DNA from: Eledone cirrhosa
Taxonomy: Eukaryota
Length of the DNA stretch: 64,000 nt
NCBI GenBank assembly: GCA_964016885.1
Contig: OZ024763.1
Location: 16,306,001-16,370,000 of the forward strand
Direction: 5' to 3'
The notes beneath the pieces are model-generated. The model did not search any database. It was not told where the DNA came from and saw only the letters and a list, made by a program, of their open reading frames with translations. This document shows positions 27,511 to 40,748 of this stretch, piece after piece (the stretch's first letter is position 1; the number at the start of each line of letters is the position of its first letter). The translations under genes were made by a program, and so were the position numbers.

Positions 27511-28089
27511 AATATGGTTTTATAAATATAGTTTCCATTTGTTTAATATCGTATATCTACTCCAAAAACTTGTTGACTGCTTTATATCAGTTATAAAATA
27601 TTTACTTGTTGTATCCCAACAATTTTAAATAGAACTTTTGCATATATATATATATATATATATACTCCCGCTTATTTATATACTATACACACACACATGT
27701 ATATATATATATATACACACACACACATATACGTGTATATATACATATATATATATATATACACACACACACATATACGTGTATATATATATATATCATT
27801 ATCAGATTTGACTAATATTCCTCCAGCTGCTGTTGTTGTTCAGCCCCAGGTCAGTTCTGATCAATGAGCCCTATAAGTACATATGCTATCATCATCATCC
27901 TCATCCTCATCACAGTTTAATGTCTATTTTTTTCCATGCTAGCATGGGTTAGACTGGTTGTCCATGTTATGGGACCACTCTGGCCAGTCGACCATGCCGA
28001 GCTTGCTCAAACGGAACTGTGTTTTGGCTGTGGTTTTTTACAGCTGGGTGTCTTTCTTAACACCACTCATTTTTACAGTGTGGAGCAGG

Positions 28090-29010
28090 TCGGTCCTGTT
28101 ATGAGGAAGGTCTTACCAGTTGGCCTCGCTGTACCTTGCTCATAACTGAACTATATTTTGGGAGCTGGGTGGTCCTGTTATGAGGAAGCTTGGGCCAGTT
28201 GGCCTCACTGTACCTTACTCATAACAGAACTATATTTTGGGAGCTGGGTGGTCCTGTTATGAGGTAGGGCTTGCCAGTGGGCCTCACTGTACCTTGCTCA
28301 TAACAGAACTATATTTTGGGAGCTGGGTGGTCCTGTTATGAGGAAGGGCTTGCCAGTTGGCCTCACTGTACCTTGCTCATAACAGAACTATATTTTGGGA
28401 GCTGGGTGGTCCTGTTATGAGGAAGGTCTTGCCAGTTGGCCTCACTGTACCTTGCTCATAACAGAACTATATTTTGGGAGCTGGGTGGACCTGTTATGAG
28501 GAAGGGCTTGCCAGTTGGCCACACTGTACCTTGCTCATAACAGAACTATATTTTGGGAGCTGGGTGGTCCTGTTATGCGGAAGGTCTTACCAGTGGGCCT
28601 CACTGTACCTTGCTCATAACAGAACTATATTTTGGAAACTGGGTGGTCCTGTTATGAGGAAGGTCTTACCAGTTGGCCTCACTGTACCTTGCTCATAGCA
28701 GAATTATATTTTGGGAACTGGGTGGTCCTGTTATGAGGAAGGTCTTACCAGTGGGCCTCACTGTACCTTGCTCATAGCAGAACTATATTTTGGGAGCTGG
28801 GTGGTCCTGTTATGAGGAAGGTCTTGCCAGTTGGCCTCACTGTATCTTATTCATAACAGAACTATATTTTGGGAGCTGGGTGGTCCTGTTATGAGGAAGC
28901 TTGGGCCAGTTGGCCTCACTGTACCTTACTCATAACAGAACTATATTTTGGGAGCTGGGTGGTCCTGTTATGAGGAAGGTCTTACCAGTTGGCCTCACCG
29001 TACCTTGCTC
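28090..29010. repeat. 79-bp minisatellite, about 12 copies
   Basis: Unit ctcactgtaccttgctcataacagaactatattttgggagctgggtggtcctgttatgaggaagg..ccagttggc, with an internal ctcataacag/ctgttatgag inverted repeat; flanked by decayed RTE-tail sequence. Confidence 0.9.
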
Positions 29011-29317
29011 AAATGGATCTGTATTTTGGTTGCAGTTTTTACAGCTCGATGCTCTTCCTAACACCAATCATGTTTACATTGTGGAACTGGTTTGTCCCGT
29101 TGTGAGGAGGGTCTGGCCAGTTAGCCACACTCTACCCTACTCATAGTGGAACCATATTTTGGGTGCTGGATGGTTCCACTATAAGGGAGGTCTGGCTAGT
29201 TGGCCGTGCCATACCTTGCTCATAGTGGGACCATGTTTTAGCTGTGTTTTTATGGTTGCTGGATGCCCTTCCTAATGCCAACCATGTTTACAGCATATAC
29301 TCATATATAAGCTGAGA

Positions 29318-30090
29318 AGTTGCATGGCTTAGTGGTTAGAGCATTGGGCTTACAATTCTGAGGAGGTTGTGAGTTTGATTCTTGGACTGGGCTTTGCGTT
29401 GTGTTCTTGAGCAAGACACTTTATATCACATATCTCCAGTTCACTCAACTGTAGAAATGAGTTGTGACATTGCTGGTGCCAAGCTGTATCAGCTATTGCC
29501 TTTCCCTTGGACAACATCATATATAGTGTGTATATAGTGTATATATAGAGTATATAGTGTATATATAGTGTATAGAGTGTATATATAGAGTATATATAGA
29601 GCATAGAGTGTATATATAGAGCATAGAGTGTATATATAGTGTATAGAGTGTATATATAGAGTATAGAGTGTATATATAGTGTGTATAGAGTGTATATATA
29701 GAGTATATAGTGTATATATAGAGTATATAGTGTATATATAGAGTATATAGTGTATATATAAAGTATAGAGTGTATATATAGAGTATAGAGTGTATATATA
29801 GAGTATAGAGTGTATATATAGTGTATAGAGTGTATATATAGAGTATAGAGTGTATATATAGAGTATAGAGTATATATATAGAGAGTATACAGTATATGTT
29901 GTGACATCACTGGTGCCAAGCTGTATCAGCCATTGCCTTTCCTTTGGACATCACCGGTAGCATGGAGAGGGGCTGCTGGTATGTATGGGGGACTGCTGGT
30001 CTTCCACAAACAACCTTGCCTGGACTTGAGCCTCAGAGGGTAACTTTCAAGGTGCAAACGCCATGGTCATTCTTGACCAAAGGGGGTCTG
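29318..30090 (+). mobile_element. CORE-type SINE split by a (tatatagagtatagagtg)n expansion
   Basis: Head and CORE at 29318-29460; a 50-bp segment is duplicated at 29461 and 29898 around the simple repeat. Confidence 0.8.
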
Positions 30091-30209
30091 TACCAAGCTG
30101 AGAAATATGTGACAAAAATATTGATGTTAGAATGAAGGGTCAGCTTATATTCGGGGTCAATATTTTGCTGATTTTCACAAACTTCTATATAAATGAAGTG
30201 CTAAAATAT

Positions 30210-30806
30210 TTTCACTTTGGTGGTGAATATTGCACCAGTTTCACTTTGGAGGTGAATATTGCACCAGTTTCACTTTGGAGGTGAATATTCCACCAGTTTC
30301 ACTTTGGTGGTGAATATTGCACCAGTTTCACTTTGGTGGTGAATATTGCACCAGTTTCACTTTGGAGGTGAATGTTTCACCAGTTTCAATTTGGAGGTGA
30401 ATATTCCACCAGTTTCACTTTGGTGGTGAATATTGCACCAGTTTCACTTTGGAGGTGAATATTGCACCAGTTTCACTTTGGAGGTGAATATTGCACAGGC
30501 TTCACTTTGGTGGTGAATATTGCACCAGTTTCACTTTGGAGGTGAATATTGCACCAGTTTCACTTTGGAGGTGAATATTGCACCAGTTTCACTTTGGAGG
30601 TGAATATTGCACCAGTTTCACTTTGGAGGTGAATATTCCACCAGTTTCACTTTGGTGGTGAATATTGCACCAATTTCACTTTGGAGGTGAATGTTGCACC
30701 AGTTTCAATTTGGAGGTGAATATTGCACCAGTTTCAATTTGGAGGTGAATATTGCACCAGTTTCAATTTGGAGGTGAATATTTCACCAGTTTCACTTTGA
30801 AGGTGA
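30210..30806. repeat. 29-bp minisatellite, about 20 copies
   Basis: Unit cactttggaggtgaatattgcaccagttt. Confidence 0.95.
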
Positions 30807-31454
30807 AATTTGTTTTTCCTATTATTCTTGAAGTGTTTTGAATGAATATGGCCTTCAAAATGGTCAGAAATTGGTAAAAGAAAATCAATACGTATTGGAG
30901 TTGTGAAGTAAAAACTATACTCTAAACGACACTTAAAGCATTTTAAATATCAAAATATTAAAATTTCATAAATATATTCTCCACTCATGAGAATTTTTAA
31001 GCCACGCCATCTAAATATAATGTCTAGCTGCCATGGTTTATATACAGCGTTTGGATTTTTGTCCATTTCTCAGACATTTAATAGGTGTTTGGCTTTTATT
31101 CATATGGGTTTATATTGTAGTTCATCATCGTTTAACGTCCATGTTCCATGCTTGCATGGGTTTGGACGGGAGTTTTCCAACTTGAGGCAAGAGTGGTTGT
31201 CTTGCTCGCATAGGACTGTCTGGCGGGTTTTCTACAGCTGGATGCCCTTCCTAACACCAACCACATTTACAGTGTGGACTGGGAGGTTTTACCGTGTTGC
31301 CTACACGGCCACATTACAGCGTGGACTGTGTGTTTTTTTTGTTGTGACACCTACACGATCTCATTTGTTTCGGCCTGGATGTTGTGGTACCAATATATGG
31401 TAAAATATAATAGTAAATATAATAGTAAATATAGAGTAATGCGAGACAGCAAAT

Positions 31455-32210
31455 TGGCAGAGTTGTTAGAATGTCACATAGAATGGCAGAGTTGTTAGAA
31501 TGTCACTTAGAATGGCAGAGTTGTTAGAATGTCACATAGAATGGCAGAGTTGTTAGAATGTCACATAGAATGGCAGAGTTGTTAGAATGTCACATAGAAT
31601 GGCAGAGTTGTTAGAATGTCACATAGAATGGCAGAGTTGTTAGAATGTCACATAGAATGGCAGAGTTGTTAGAATGTCACATAGAATGGCAGAGTTGTTA
31701 GAATGTCACATAGAATGGCAGAGTTGTTAGAATGTCACATAGAATGGCAGAGTTGTTAGAATGTCACATAGAATGGCAGAGTTGTTAGAATGTCACATAG
31801 AATGGCAGAGTTGTTAGAATGTCACATAGAATGGCAGAGTTGTTAGAATGTCACATAGAATGGCAGAGTTGTTAGAATGTCACATAGAATGGCAGAGTTG
31901 TTAGAATGTCACATAGAATGGCAGAGTTGTTAGAATGTCACATAGAATGGCAGAGTTGTTAGAATGTCACATAGAATGACAGAGTTGTTAGAATGTTACA
32001 TAGAATGGCAGAGTTGTTAGAATGTCACATAGAATGGCAGAGTTGTTAGAATGTCACATAGAATGGCAGAGTTGTTAGAATGTCACATAGAATGGCAGAG
32101 TTGTTAGAATGTCACATAGAATGGCAGAGTTGTTAGAATGTCACATAGAATGGCAGAGTTGTTAGAATGTCACATAGAATGGCAGAGTTGTTAGAATGTC
32201 ACATAGAATG
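31455..32210. repeat. 29-bp minisatellite derived from a SINE head, about 26 copies
   Basis: Unit atggcagagttgttagaatgtcacataga; the array runs directly into the B box and Meta core of a SINE at 32215-32510. Confidence 0.92.
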
Positions 32211-32214
32211 CTTT

Positions 32215-32510
32215 AAGGTATTTGTTCCAGCTGAGTTCAAATCTCTGAGTTCTGAGTTCAAATCTCTGAGTTCAAATCCTGCTGAGGTCAACTTTGCCTT
32301 TCATCCTTTCGAGGTTGATAAACAAAAAAGTAGCAGTCGAGTACTGAGGTCGATTCTTCCTTTATATCTCTTTCTCACTTTCTATCTTTCTCTGGAAGAA
32401 ATCTGCTGTATTCAGGTCTGGACAGGGAAGGGCTCTGCCAGGTTTAAAATGACCAAGAAACGCTGTATGTCAATGCGGTGCCCCTTATGTTTCTAGCAGG
32501 AGTTATGGGA
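32215..32510 (+). mobile_element. Meta-like SINE body (long-tail subfamily)
   Basis: gagttcaaatcctgctgaggtcaactttgcctttcatcctttcgagg...gggctctgccaggtttaaaa. Confidence 0.75.
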
Positions 32511-33774
32511 CCATACATACACGTACATATAAGTAGTTTGTTGAAGGATTAAATAAGATTGACTTAGTATAAGTTACTGGTTTTGTCTGAGTGTATGAGT
32601 AAGTCCAATACATAGCGAGACTTTTGTATGTTTGTTAACCATCATCATCAGGTACCAGATCTGTTCCAGACTCCAGTAATCAGGGCTCTCCAGTCCTTCC
32701 TGTTGTTAATATTCCAGATGAGGTTGCTGTTTCTCCCCCTATCCACGCTGTAATGTGGTCGTGTAGGTAACACGGTAAAAGGTTCCCAGTTCCACACTGT
32801 AAACGTGGTTGGTGTTAGGAAGGGCATCCAGCCGTAGAAAACCTGCCAGACAGTCCTATATGAGCGAGACACGGTCACCCGACCAACCTTGCCTCAAGTG
32901 GGAGAACTCCTATCTAACCCATGCTAGCGTGGAAGATAGACTTTAAACGATGATGATAATTATGATGATGATATTTGTTCAGGCCGTCTGTAGATGTTGT
33001 TCTTTGTTTTCCTCGTCTCCCCATTCCAGCCATCTTGCCACACGCAACCAGCTTCTAACCATCTCTTCTGTTTATGTGGCCAAAATAATAATAATTGTTT
33101 CTACTTTAGGCACAAGGCCAGCAATTACCCAGTGCATTACTGGTACTAATAATAATCATATGTATGTATGTATGGTCCCGTAACTCCTGATTGTATCGTA
33201 GGAGCACTGCATTGACATACAGTGTTTCTTGGGCATTTTAAGCTTGGCGGGGTCCATCATCCCCCAGGCCTGAGTACAGCAGATTTCTTCCAGAGAAAGC
33301 TAGAGTGTGAGAGAGAGGAAGAATCAACCCCAGTACTAGACTGGTACTTTTTTTTTATCAACCTCGAAAGGTGTAATTATTTAAAATTTTTACACCCGAA
33401 TTTTCTTTAGAGAAAGGCCTCAAATTTCATATAGCTTAGGGCCTCAGCAGGTGAAAGTCCAGCTCGGTATACAGGGTGTTTCAAAAAGTAGATATCATTT
33501 GAGATGTAATATCCCAGAAACTACCACTGTATATTGTGAATTGGTATTATAATGTTGACATTTTGAGGAATTTAGAATTTCATTCCATCTCTCTGGAGGT
33601 GGTGCTATAATTTGATTGACAGCTAGGAGGTGGGGCTATAATTTGATTGACAACTGGGAGGTAGGGATATAATTTGATTGACATCTGGGAGATATACTTA
33701 TAATACACTTATGAAACACTGTCTCCTGTCAGTTACTTTTACCTGTAAAATCTGTCCAGCGATTCTTTCCTTAA

Positions 33775-33979
33775 CCCTTTAGTATTTAAACCGGCCATAT
33801 CCAGCCAGAATTCTCTCACCTCTTCTGCTAAAACCGGCTGTAACCGGCTGCTCATACTGATGCTAAGGTATTGTTCTCAAAATAAATATCAAAATCACAT
33901 AGATTTGATATTATGTGAGATAATTATAAGAGGTAAAGCCTTTACCGTGAAAATATAATAGTAAATATAGAGTAAAGGG
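33775..33979. mobile_element. TTAA-target MITE (piggyBac-like)
   Basis: TTAA|ccctttagta...agtaaaggg|TTAA. The related inverted sequence at 36320-36430 lacks the insert (empty site). Confidence 0.75.
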
Positions 33980-34085
33980 TTAAACCTTCAAACCACATAT
34001 CCATAGTATCGAAGCTTGGTTAGGTAATTTAGTTGGTGTATTTGTTGTACCTATCATTGTCTGTCTTATTCTAGAGTAAAAGTGC

Positions 34086-35940
34086 ATAGGTTAGTGATTA
34101 GTTTAATAGGTTAGTGGTTAATTTCATAGGTTAGTGGTTAATTTCATAGGTTAGTGGTTAATTTCATAGGTTAGTGGTTAATTTCATAGGTTAGTGGTTA
34201 ATTTCATAGCTTAGTGGTTAATTTCATAGGTTAGTGGTTAATTTAATAGGTTAGTGATTAATTTAATAGGTTAGTGGTTAATTTCATAGGTTAGTGGTTA
34301 ATTTCATAGGTTAGTGATTAATTTAATAGGTTAGTGGTTAATTTCATAGGTTAGTGATTAATTTAATAGGTTAGTGGTTAATTTAATAGGTTAGTGGTTA
34401 ATTTAATAGGTTAGTGGTTAATTTAATAGGTTAGTGGTTAATTTAATAGGTTAGTGGTTAATTTCATAGGTTAGTGATTAATTTAATAGGTTAGTGGTTA
34501 ATTTAATAGGTTAGTGGTTAATTTCATAGGTTAGTGGTTAATTTAATAGGTTAGTGATTAATTTAATAGGTTAGTGGTTAATTTAATAGGTTAGTGGTTA
34601 ATTTAATAGGTTAGTGGTTAATTTCATAGCTTAATGATTAATTTAATAGGTTAGTGGTTAATTTCATAGGTTAGTGGTTAATTTAAGAGGTGAGTGGTTA
34701 ATTTAATAGGTTAGTGGTTAATTTCATAGGTTAGTGATTAATTTCATAGGTTAGTGGTTAATTTAATAGGTTAGTGGTTAATTTCATAGGTTAGTGATTA
34801 ATTTAATAGGTTAGTGGTTAATTTAATAGGTTAGTGGTTAATTTCATAGGTTAGTGATTAATTTAATAGGTTAGTGGTTAATTTAATAGGTTAGTGGTTA
34901 ATTTCATAGCTTAGTGATTAATTTAATAGGTTAGTGGTTAATTTCATAGGTTAGTGGTTAATTTAAGAGGTGAGTGGTTAATTTAATAGGTGAGTGGTTA
35001 ATTTCATAGGTTAGTGATTAATTTCATAGGTTAGTGGTTAATTTAATAGGTTAGTGGTTAATTTCATAGGTTAGTGATTAATTTAATAGGTTAGTGGTTA
35101 ATTTAATAGGTTAGTGGTTAATTTCATAGGTTAGTGATTAATTTAATAGGTTAGTGGTTAATTTCATAGGTTAGTGGTTAATTTCATAGGTTAGTGGTTA
35201 ATTTCATAGGTTAGTGGTTAATTTTATAGCTTAGTGATTAATTTCATAGGTTAGTGGTTAATTTCATAGGTTAGTGGTTAATTTCATAGGTTAGTGATTA
35301 ATTTTATAGCTTAGTGATTAATTTCATATGTTGGTGGTTAATTTCATAGCTTAGTGGTTAATTTCGTAGATTAGTGGTTAATTTCGTAGCTTCGTGGTTA
35401 ATTTCATAGGTTAGTGGTTAATTTGATAGGTTAGTGATTAATTTGATAGGTTAGTGGTTAATTTCATAGGTTAGTGATTAATTTCATAGGTTAGTGGTTA
35501 ACTTCGTAGGTTAGTGATTAATTTCATAGGTTAGTGATTAATTTCATAGCTTAGTGATTAACTTCATAGGTTAGTGGTTAATTTCATAGGTTAGTGGTTA
35601 ATTTCATAGCTTAGTGGTTAATTTCGTAGGTTAGTGGATAATTTTATAGCTTAGTGGTTAATTTTATAGCTTAGTGATTAATTTCATAGGTTAGTGGTTA
35701 ATTTCATAGGTTACTAGTTAATTTCATAGCTTAGTGGTTCATTTTATAGATTAGTGGTTAATTTCATAGATTAGTGGTTAATTTCATAGGTTAGTGGTTA
35801 ATTTCGTAGCTTAGTGGTTAATTTCGTAGCTTAGTGGTTAATTTCGTAGGTTAGTGGTTAATTTCGTAGCTTAGTGGTTAATTTTGTTGCTTACTGGTTA
35901 ATTTCGTTGCTTACTGGTTAATTTCGTTGCTTAGTGGTTA
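34086..35940. repeat. 20-bp minisatellite, about 90 copies
   Basis: Unit atttcataggttagtggtta, resembling the SINE head catggcttagtggtta; followed by a CORE SINE head at 35960-36080. Confidence 0.95.
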
Positions 35941-36496
35941 CATTTACGATATACAGTGAAGACGCATGGCTGAGTCGTTAGAGAATTGGATTCGCAATTG
36001 TGAGCTTGTGAGTTTGACTCCTGGACCGGGTGAAGTGTTATGTCCTTGAGCAAGACACTTTATTTCACTTTGCTCCTACTACTTGGAGTTGCGACTGATA
36101 GATAGTATTAGCAATTGGAAAGACCAATGGAAACATTGTTTCCTTGGTCCGATTTGACAAAAGTCAACCAACTGTCGATACAGTGGTAGTTTCTGGGATA
36201 TTTACATCTCAAATGATATCTTTCTGAAACACCCTGTATACAGAACTGGACTTTCACCCTAAGCTATATGAAATGTGAGGCCCCTCTCTAAAAACAAATT
36301 CCAGCCAAGAAAATTACATAACCAAGCTCCGATACTAAAGATATGGGGTCAGAAGGTTTAAAGAATGAATTACTGGACAGATTTTACAGGTAAAATCCAA
36401 CTGATAAGAGACAATGTTTTATGAGTGTATGTCTCAGCTACCAATAAAATTATAGCCCCATACACATATATAAATCATCAACATCATAAATATGTA

Positions 36497-36536
<40 letters not shown>

Positions 36537-36544
36537 TGATAAAG

Positions 36545-36837
36545 GATAAAGATCCCACAACTCTTTGTGGCGTCGTAGCGGCACCATCAAACGGTGTGTC
36601 TAGGGCACTTTTAAACCTGGCAGAGCCCAACCCTCTCCAAGTCTGAACACAGCCAAATTTTTTTCTATAGAGGAAGAATCGACCCCAGTACAGGACTGGT
36701 ACTTTTTTTATCGACCTCGAAAGGATGAAAGGCAAAGTTGAACACAGCGGGATTTGAACTCCGAGCGTGCAATGAGGTGGGCGAACACTGTAAGGTATTC
36801 TATCTGACGACTTAGTGACTCTGCCAATTCACCGCCA
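36545..36837 (-). mobile_element. Meta-like SINE, long-tail subfamily
   Basis: A and B boxes plus Meta core on the minus strand; closely similar to 53970-54262. Confidence 0.85.
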
Positions 36838-36841
36838 ATAC

Positions 36842-38636
36842 GTATATATACACACATCTAAATATATACATACACATCTAATTATATATATACACTTCTA
36901 AATATATATATACCCATCTAATTATATATACACACATCTAAATATATACATACACATCTAATTATATATATACACATCTAAATATATATATACACATCTA
37001 AATATATATATACACATCTAATTATATATATACACATCTAAATATATATATATACACATCTAATTATATATATACACATCTAAATATATACATACACATC
37101 TAATTATATATATACACATCTAAATATATATATACACATCTAAATATATACATACACATCTAATTATATATATACACTTCTAAATATATATATACCCATC
37201 TAATTATATATACACACATCTAAATATATACATACACATCTAATTATATATATACATATCTAAATATATATATACACATCTAATTATATATATACACATC
37301 TAAATATATATATATACACATCTAATTATATATATACACATCTAAATATATACATAGACATCTAATTATATATATACACATCTAAATATATATATACCCA
37401 TCTAATTATATATATACACATCTAAATATATATATACACATCTAATTATATATATACACATCTAAATATATATATACACATCTAATTATATATATACCCA
37501 TCTAAATATATATATACACATCTAAATATATACATGCACATCTAATTATATATATACACATCTAAATATATATATACACATCTAATTATATATATACACA
37601 TCTAATTATATATATATACATCTAAATATATATATATACACATCTAATTATATATATATACACATCTAAATATATATATACACATCTAAATATATATACA
37701 CATCTAATTATATATATACCCATCTAAATATATATATACACATCTAATTATATATATACACATCTAATTATATATATACACATCTAAATATATACATACA
37801 CATCTAATTATATATATACACATCTAAATATATATATACACATCTAAATATATATATATACACATCTAATTATATATATATACCTATCTAAATATATATA
37901 TACACATCTAAATATATATATACACATCTAATTATATATATACACATCTAATTATATATATACACATCTAAATATATATATATACACATCTAATTATATA
38001 TATACACATCTAAATATATACATACACATCTAATTATATATATACACATCTAAATATATATATACACATCTAAATATATATATATACACATCTAATTATA
38101 TATATATACCTATCTAAATATATATATACACATCTAATTATATATATACACATCTAATTATATATATACACATCTAATTATATATATACACATCTAAATA
38201 TATATATATACATCTAATTATATATATACACATCTAAATATATATATACACATCTAATTATATATATACCCATCTAAATATATATATATACACATCTAAT
38301 TATATATATATACGCATCTAAATATATACATACACATCTAATTATATATATACACATCTAATTATATATATACACATCTAAATATATATATATATACACA
38401 TCTAATTATATATATACACATCTAATTATATATATACACATCTAATTATATATATACACATCTAATTATATATATACACATCTAAATATATACATACACA
38501 TCTAAATATATACATACACATCTAATTATATATATACACTTCTAAATATATATATACACATCTAATTATATATATACACATCTAAATATATACATGCAGA
38601 TCTAATTATATATATACACATCTAAATATATATATA
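36842..38636. repeat. About 20-22-bp AT-rich minisatellite (tatatatacacatctaa(a/t))
   Basis: Direct inspection. Confidence 0.95.
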
Positions 38637-38735
38637 TATGGAGAAGAGGGTGCTCTGTTGAATATGATAAGTGTTCCAGTTGATTCGATCAACAGAGCAG
38701 CCTGCTTGTGAAATTACTGTGTCTTCATCTTGTCC

Positions 38736-39238
38736 TTATTTACTAGTTGTGATGTTGTTGCTATTCCACTCATGTTTTCTGTTGAATTTTGGTTGGAGTT
38801 CGTTTAAGTTTGTCACCTCTGTAATTTGCCTGACCATTGCATCTTTTCCGTGTGTCGATATAATGTTTATCTCTATATTCTCTGATGTGCCCCTATGTAT
38901 GTTGTGTTCTTATTCCCACACTGTCCTTCAGTACAACTTATGCTATATACTACGTTTCTAGTTTTGCAGTTAGTTTGTGGGCTTAGTTTGCAGGCTCTAC
39001 ATTTCCTATCAGTGCAGGGTTTTTTAAACGGATATGTTCTACTAATTAGGGCTTTTATTTGGAATACCTCGTCTTTCAACTATTTTAATATTTAATTTAA
39101 TTTTTGTTTGTCTAGAACCCTTCTAAATCTGTAAGCTAGTTCGCCTCTGGAGGTTGTATTGACAAACATGACACTCTGGTATTTATTGCTATCATACCAT
39201 GAGTTGATTTTATTGGTCTTTTTCTTAATTGAATCCAT
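38736..39238 (-). pseudogene. Penelope-like element: linker plus GIY-YIG endonuclease fragment
   Basis: Minus-strand pieces NSWYDSNKYQSVMFVNTTSRGELAYRF; PCTDRKCRACKLSPQTNCKTRNVVYSISCTEGQCGNKNTTYIG; after a deletion, ENIEINIISTHGKDAMVRQITEVTNLNELQPKFNRKHEWNS. The Cys cluster, VVY..YIG and RQIxE..NxKxEW motifs are typical of PLE GIY-YIG domains. Confidence 0.85.
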
Positions 39239-39244
39239 GCGTGC

Positions 39245-39288
<44 letters not shown>

Positions 39289-39497
39289 GATATTAAACAA
39301 ATGGAAACTATATTTATAAAACCATATTTATTTCATTATACATATTTCGGGGATACCATATTAAAAATATGTCTTTCTTTTTAACTGTGCTTAACACTAA
39401 ATATTTGTAAACATCTCACTACCAAACCAGCTTTTTACATAACGGTTGGTCAATATTTATGGTACGTCAAAATTATTTATAAAATGTTTATATATTG

Positions 39498-39563
39498 TAT
39501 TTTATCTGAAGAAGGCATGCCATATTTTTAATATGGTATCCCCGAAATATGTATAATGAAATA
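39498..39563 (+). ncRNA. Minimal type I hammerhead ribozyme
   Basis: Same family as 27445, with CTGAAGA. The element (39288-39693) carries an about 85 bp inverted copy of its 3' part at the left end. Confidence 0.75.
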
Positions 39564-39730
39564 AATATGGTTTTATAAATATAGTTTCCATTTATTTAAT
39601 ATCGTATATCTACTCCAAAACTTGTCGAGTGCTTTATATCAGTTATAAAATATTTACTTGTTGTAACCCAACAATTTTATATAAAACTTTTGCATATATA
39701 TATATATATATATAGTTTTAATATAGATGA

Positions 39731-39779
39731 GATTCTACAGGACTAGAACTGTTTCATTCATTAGAAATCATCAGGAATC
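39731..39779 (-). ncRNA. Type I hammerhead ribozyme with closed stem III
   Basis: Minus strand: GATTC CTGATGA TTTC-TAAT-GAAT GAAA CAG-TTCTAGTC-CTG TA GAATC. Stem I 5 bp, GUA cleavage triplet, weak stem II. Confidence 0.7.
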
Positions 39780-40717
39780 TGGGTATCAAAAAATAAATAT
39801 GGTATTTATAGGTCTCTACAAGTGGTAGGAGAGGGTGGGGAGTGGGATGGGTGCAGGTCATTGGTTGATAGAAAAGGGAATTCATTAAAAGCTAATTCTA
39901 CAAAGCTATAGTTTATTTTTATTTTTATTTATATTTATTTATGTTTTTAGAGTAACAAAGGCAGACAGAATTCTATAAACAGGTTCCGGATGGCATACCA
40001 TTCCTTGTCAATAAGTTTCTCTTAAGCTAACAGATGTATATATATATATACATACTACTGTACGTCTGTATACATATATGTATGTACGTATACATACTTA
40101 TATTTTTCTTAATTCTTTCTATTTTATTCCAAAATTTGCTCCTATACATGGGGCAAGTCCCATTCACATCATTTTCTACAATATTTGCCCATTCGGTCCT
40201 GGCTCCTTAACACCCTGATCTTGTCTCTCTGACTGTATCCAGAGAACTGCATGTGCTGGATGAAGTGGGGTATGTGTCTCTAATTCCTTAGTATTACACA
40301 TGCGGTAGACATTCCTCATCACTCTTACTAAATCCACCATCAGTACGTTAACTTTCGGGTATTTGGAGGTGAAGGCTTTGGCATAATGCAAATGGAGGAT
40401 TTGTGTCCTATTATTAATAGTTTCTAACCAGAGTTCTGTGTCTAGTTCAGGTAATATTTGGTTGGGGTGTTTAGTTGGGGAGGCTATAGTAACTTTAATA
40501 CTCTGCTATTTACTTCATAAAACACATCTAAATATATATCATCATCATCATCATCATCTTCATTTAACGTCCATTTTCCACGCTAGCATGGGTTAGACGG
40601 GAGTGGTCCCACTTGAGGCAAGGTTGGTCGGGTGACCATGTCTCGCTCATATAGGACTCTCTGGCAGGTTTTCCACGGCTGGATGCCCTTCCTAACACCA
40701 ACCACATTTACAGTGTA

Positions 40718-40739
<22 letters not shown>

Positions 40740-40748
<9 letters not shown>

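Larger units (their letters stand above)
27204..27641. mobile_element. Hammerhead element with a perfect 350-bp palindrome (27204-27553)
   Basis: Arms are exact reverse complements around AAGCTT (27376-27381); the right arm continues as unique tail to 27641. Confidence 0.85.

Noticed and set aside
28090-32210. CRISPR-like arrays (79-bp and 29-bp repeats with internal palindromes)
   Set aside because: Units are head-to-tail with no unique spacers, there are no cas genes, and the context is eukaryotic.
34086-35940. Interstitial telomere (taggttag resembles TTAGG/TTAGGG)
   Set aside because: The true period is 20 bp and there are no tandem TTAGGG hexamers.
40176-40500. Minus-strand ORF-like stretch, possibly a retroelement relic
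   Set aside because: No motif that I can recognise; left uncalled.
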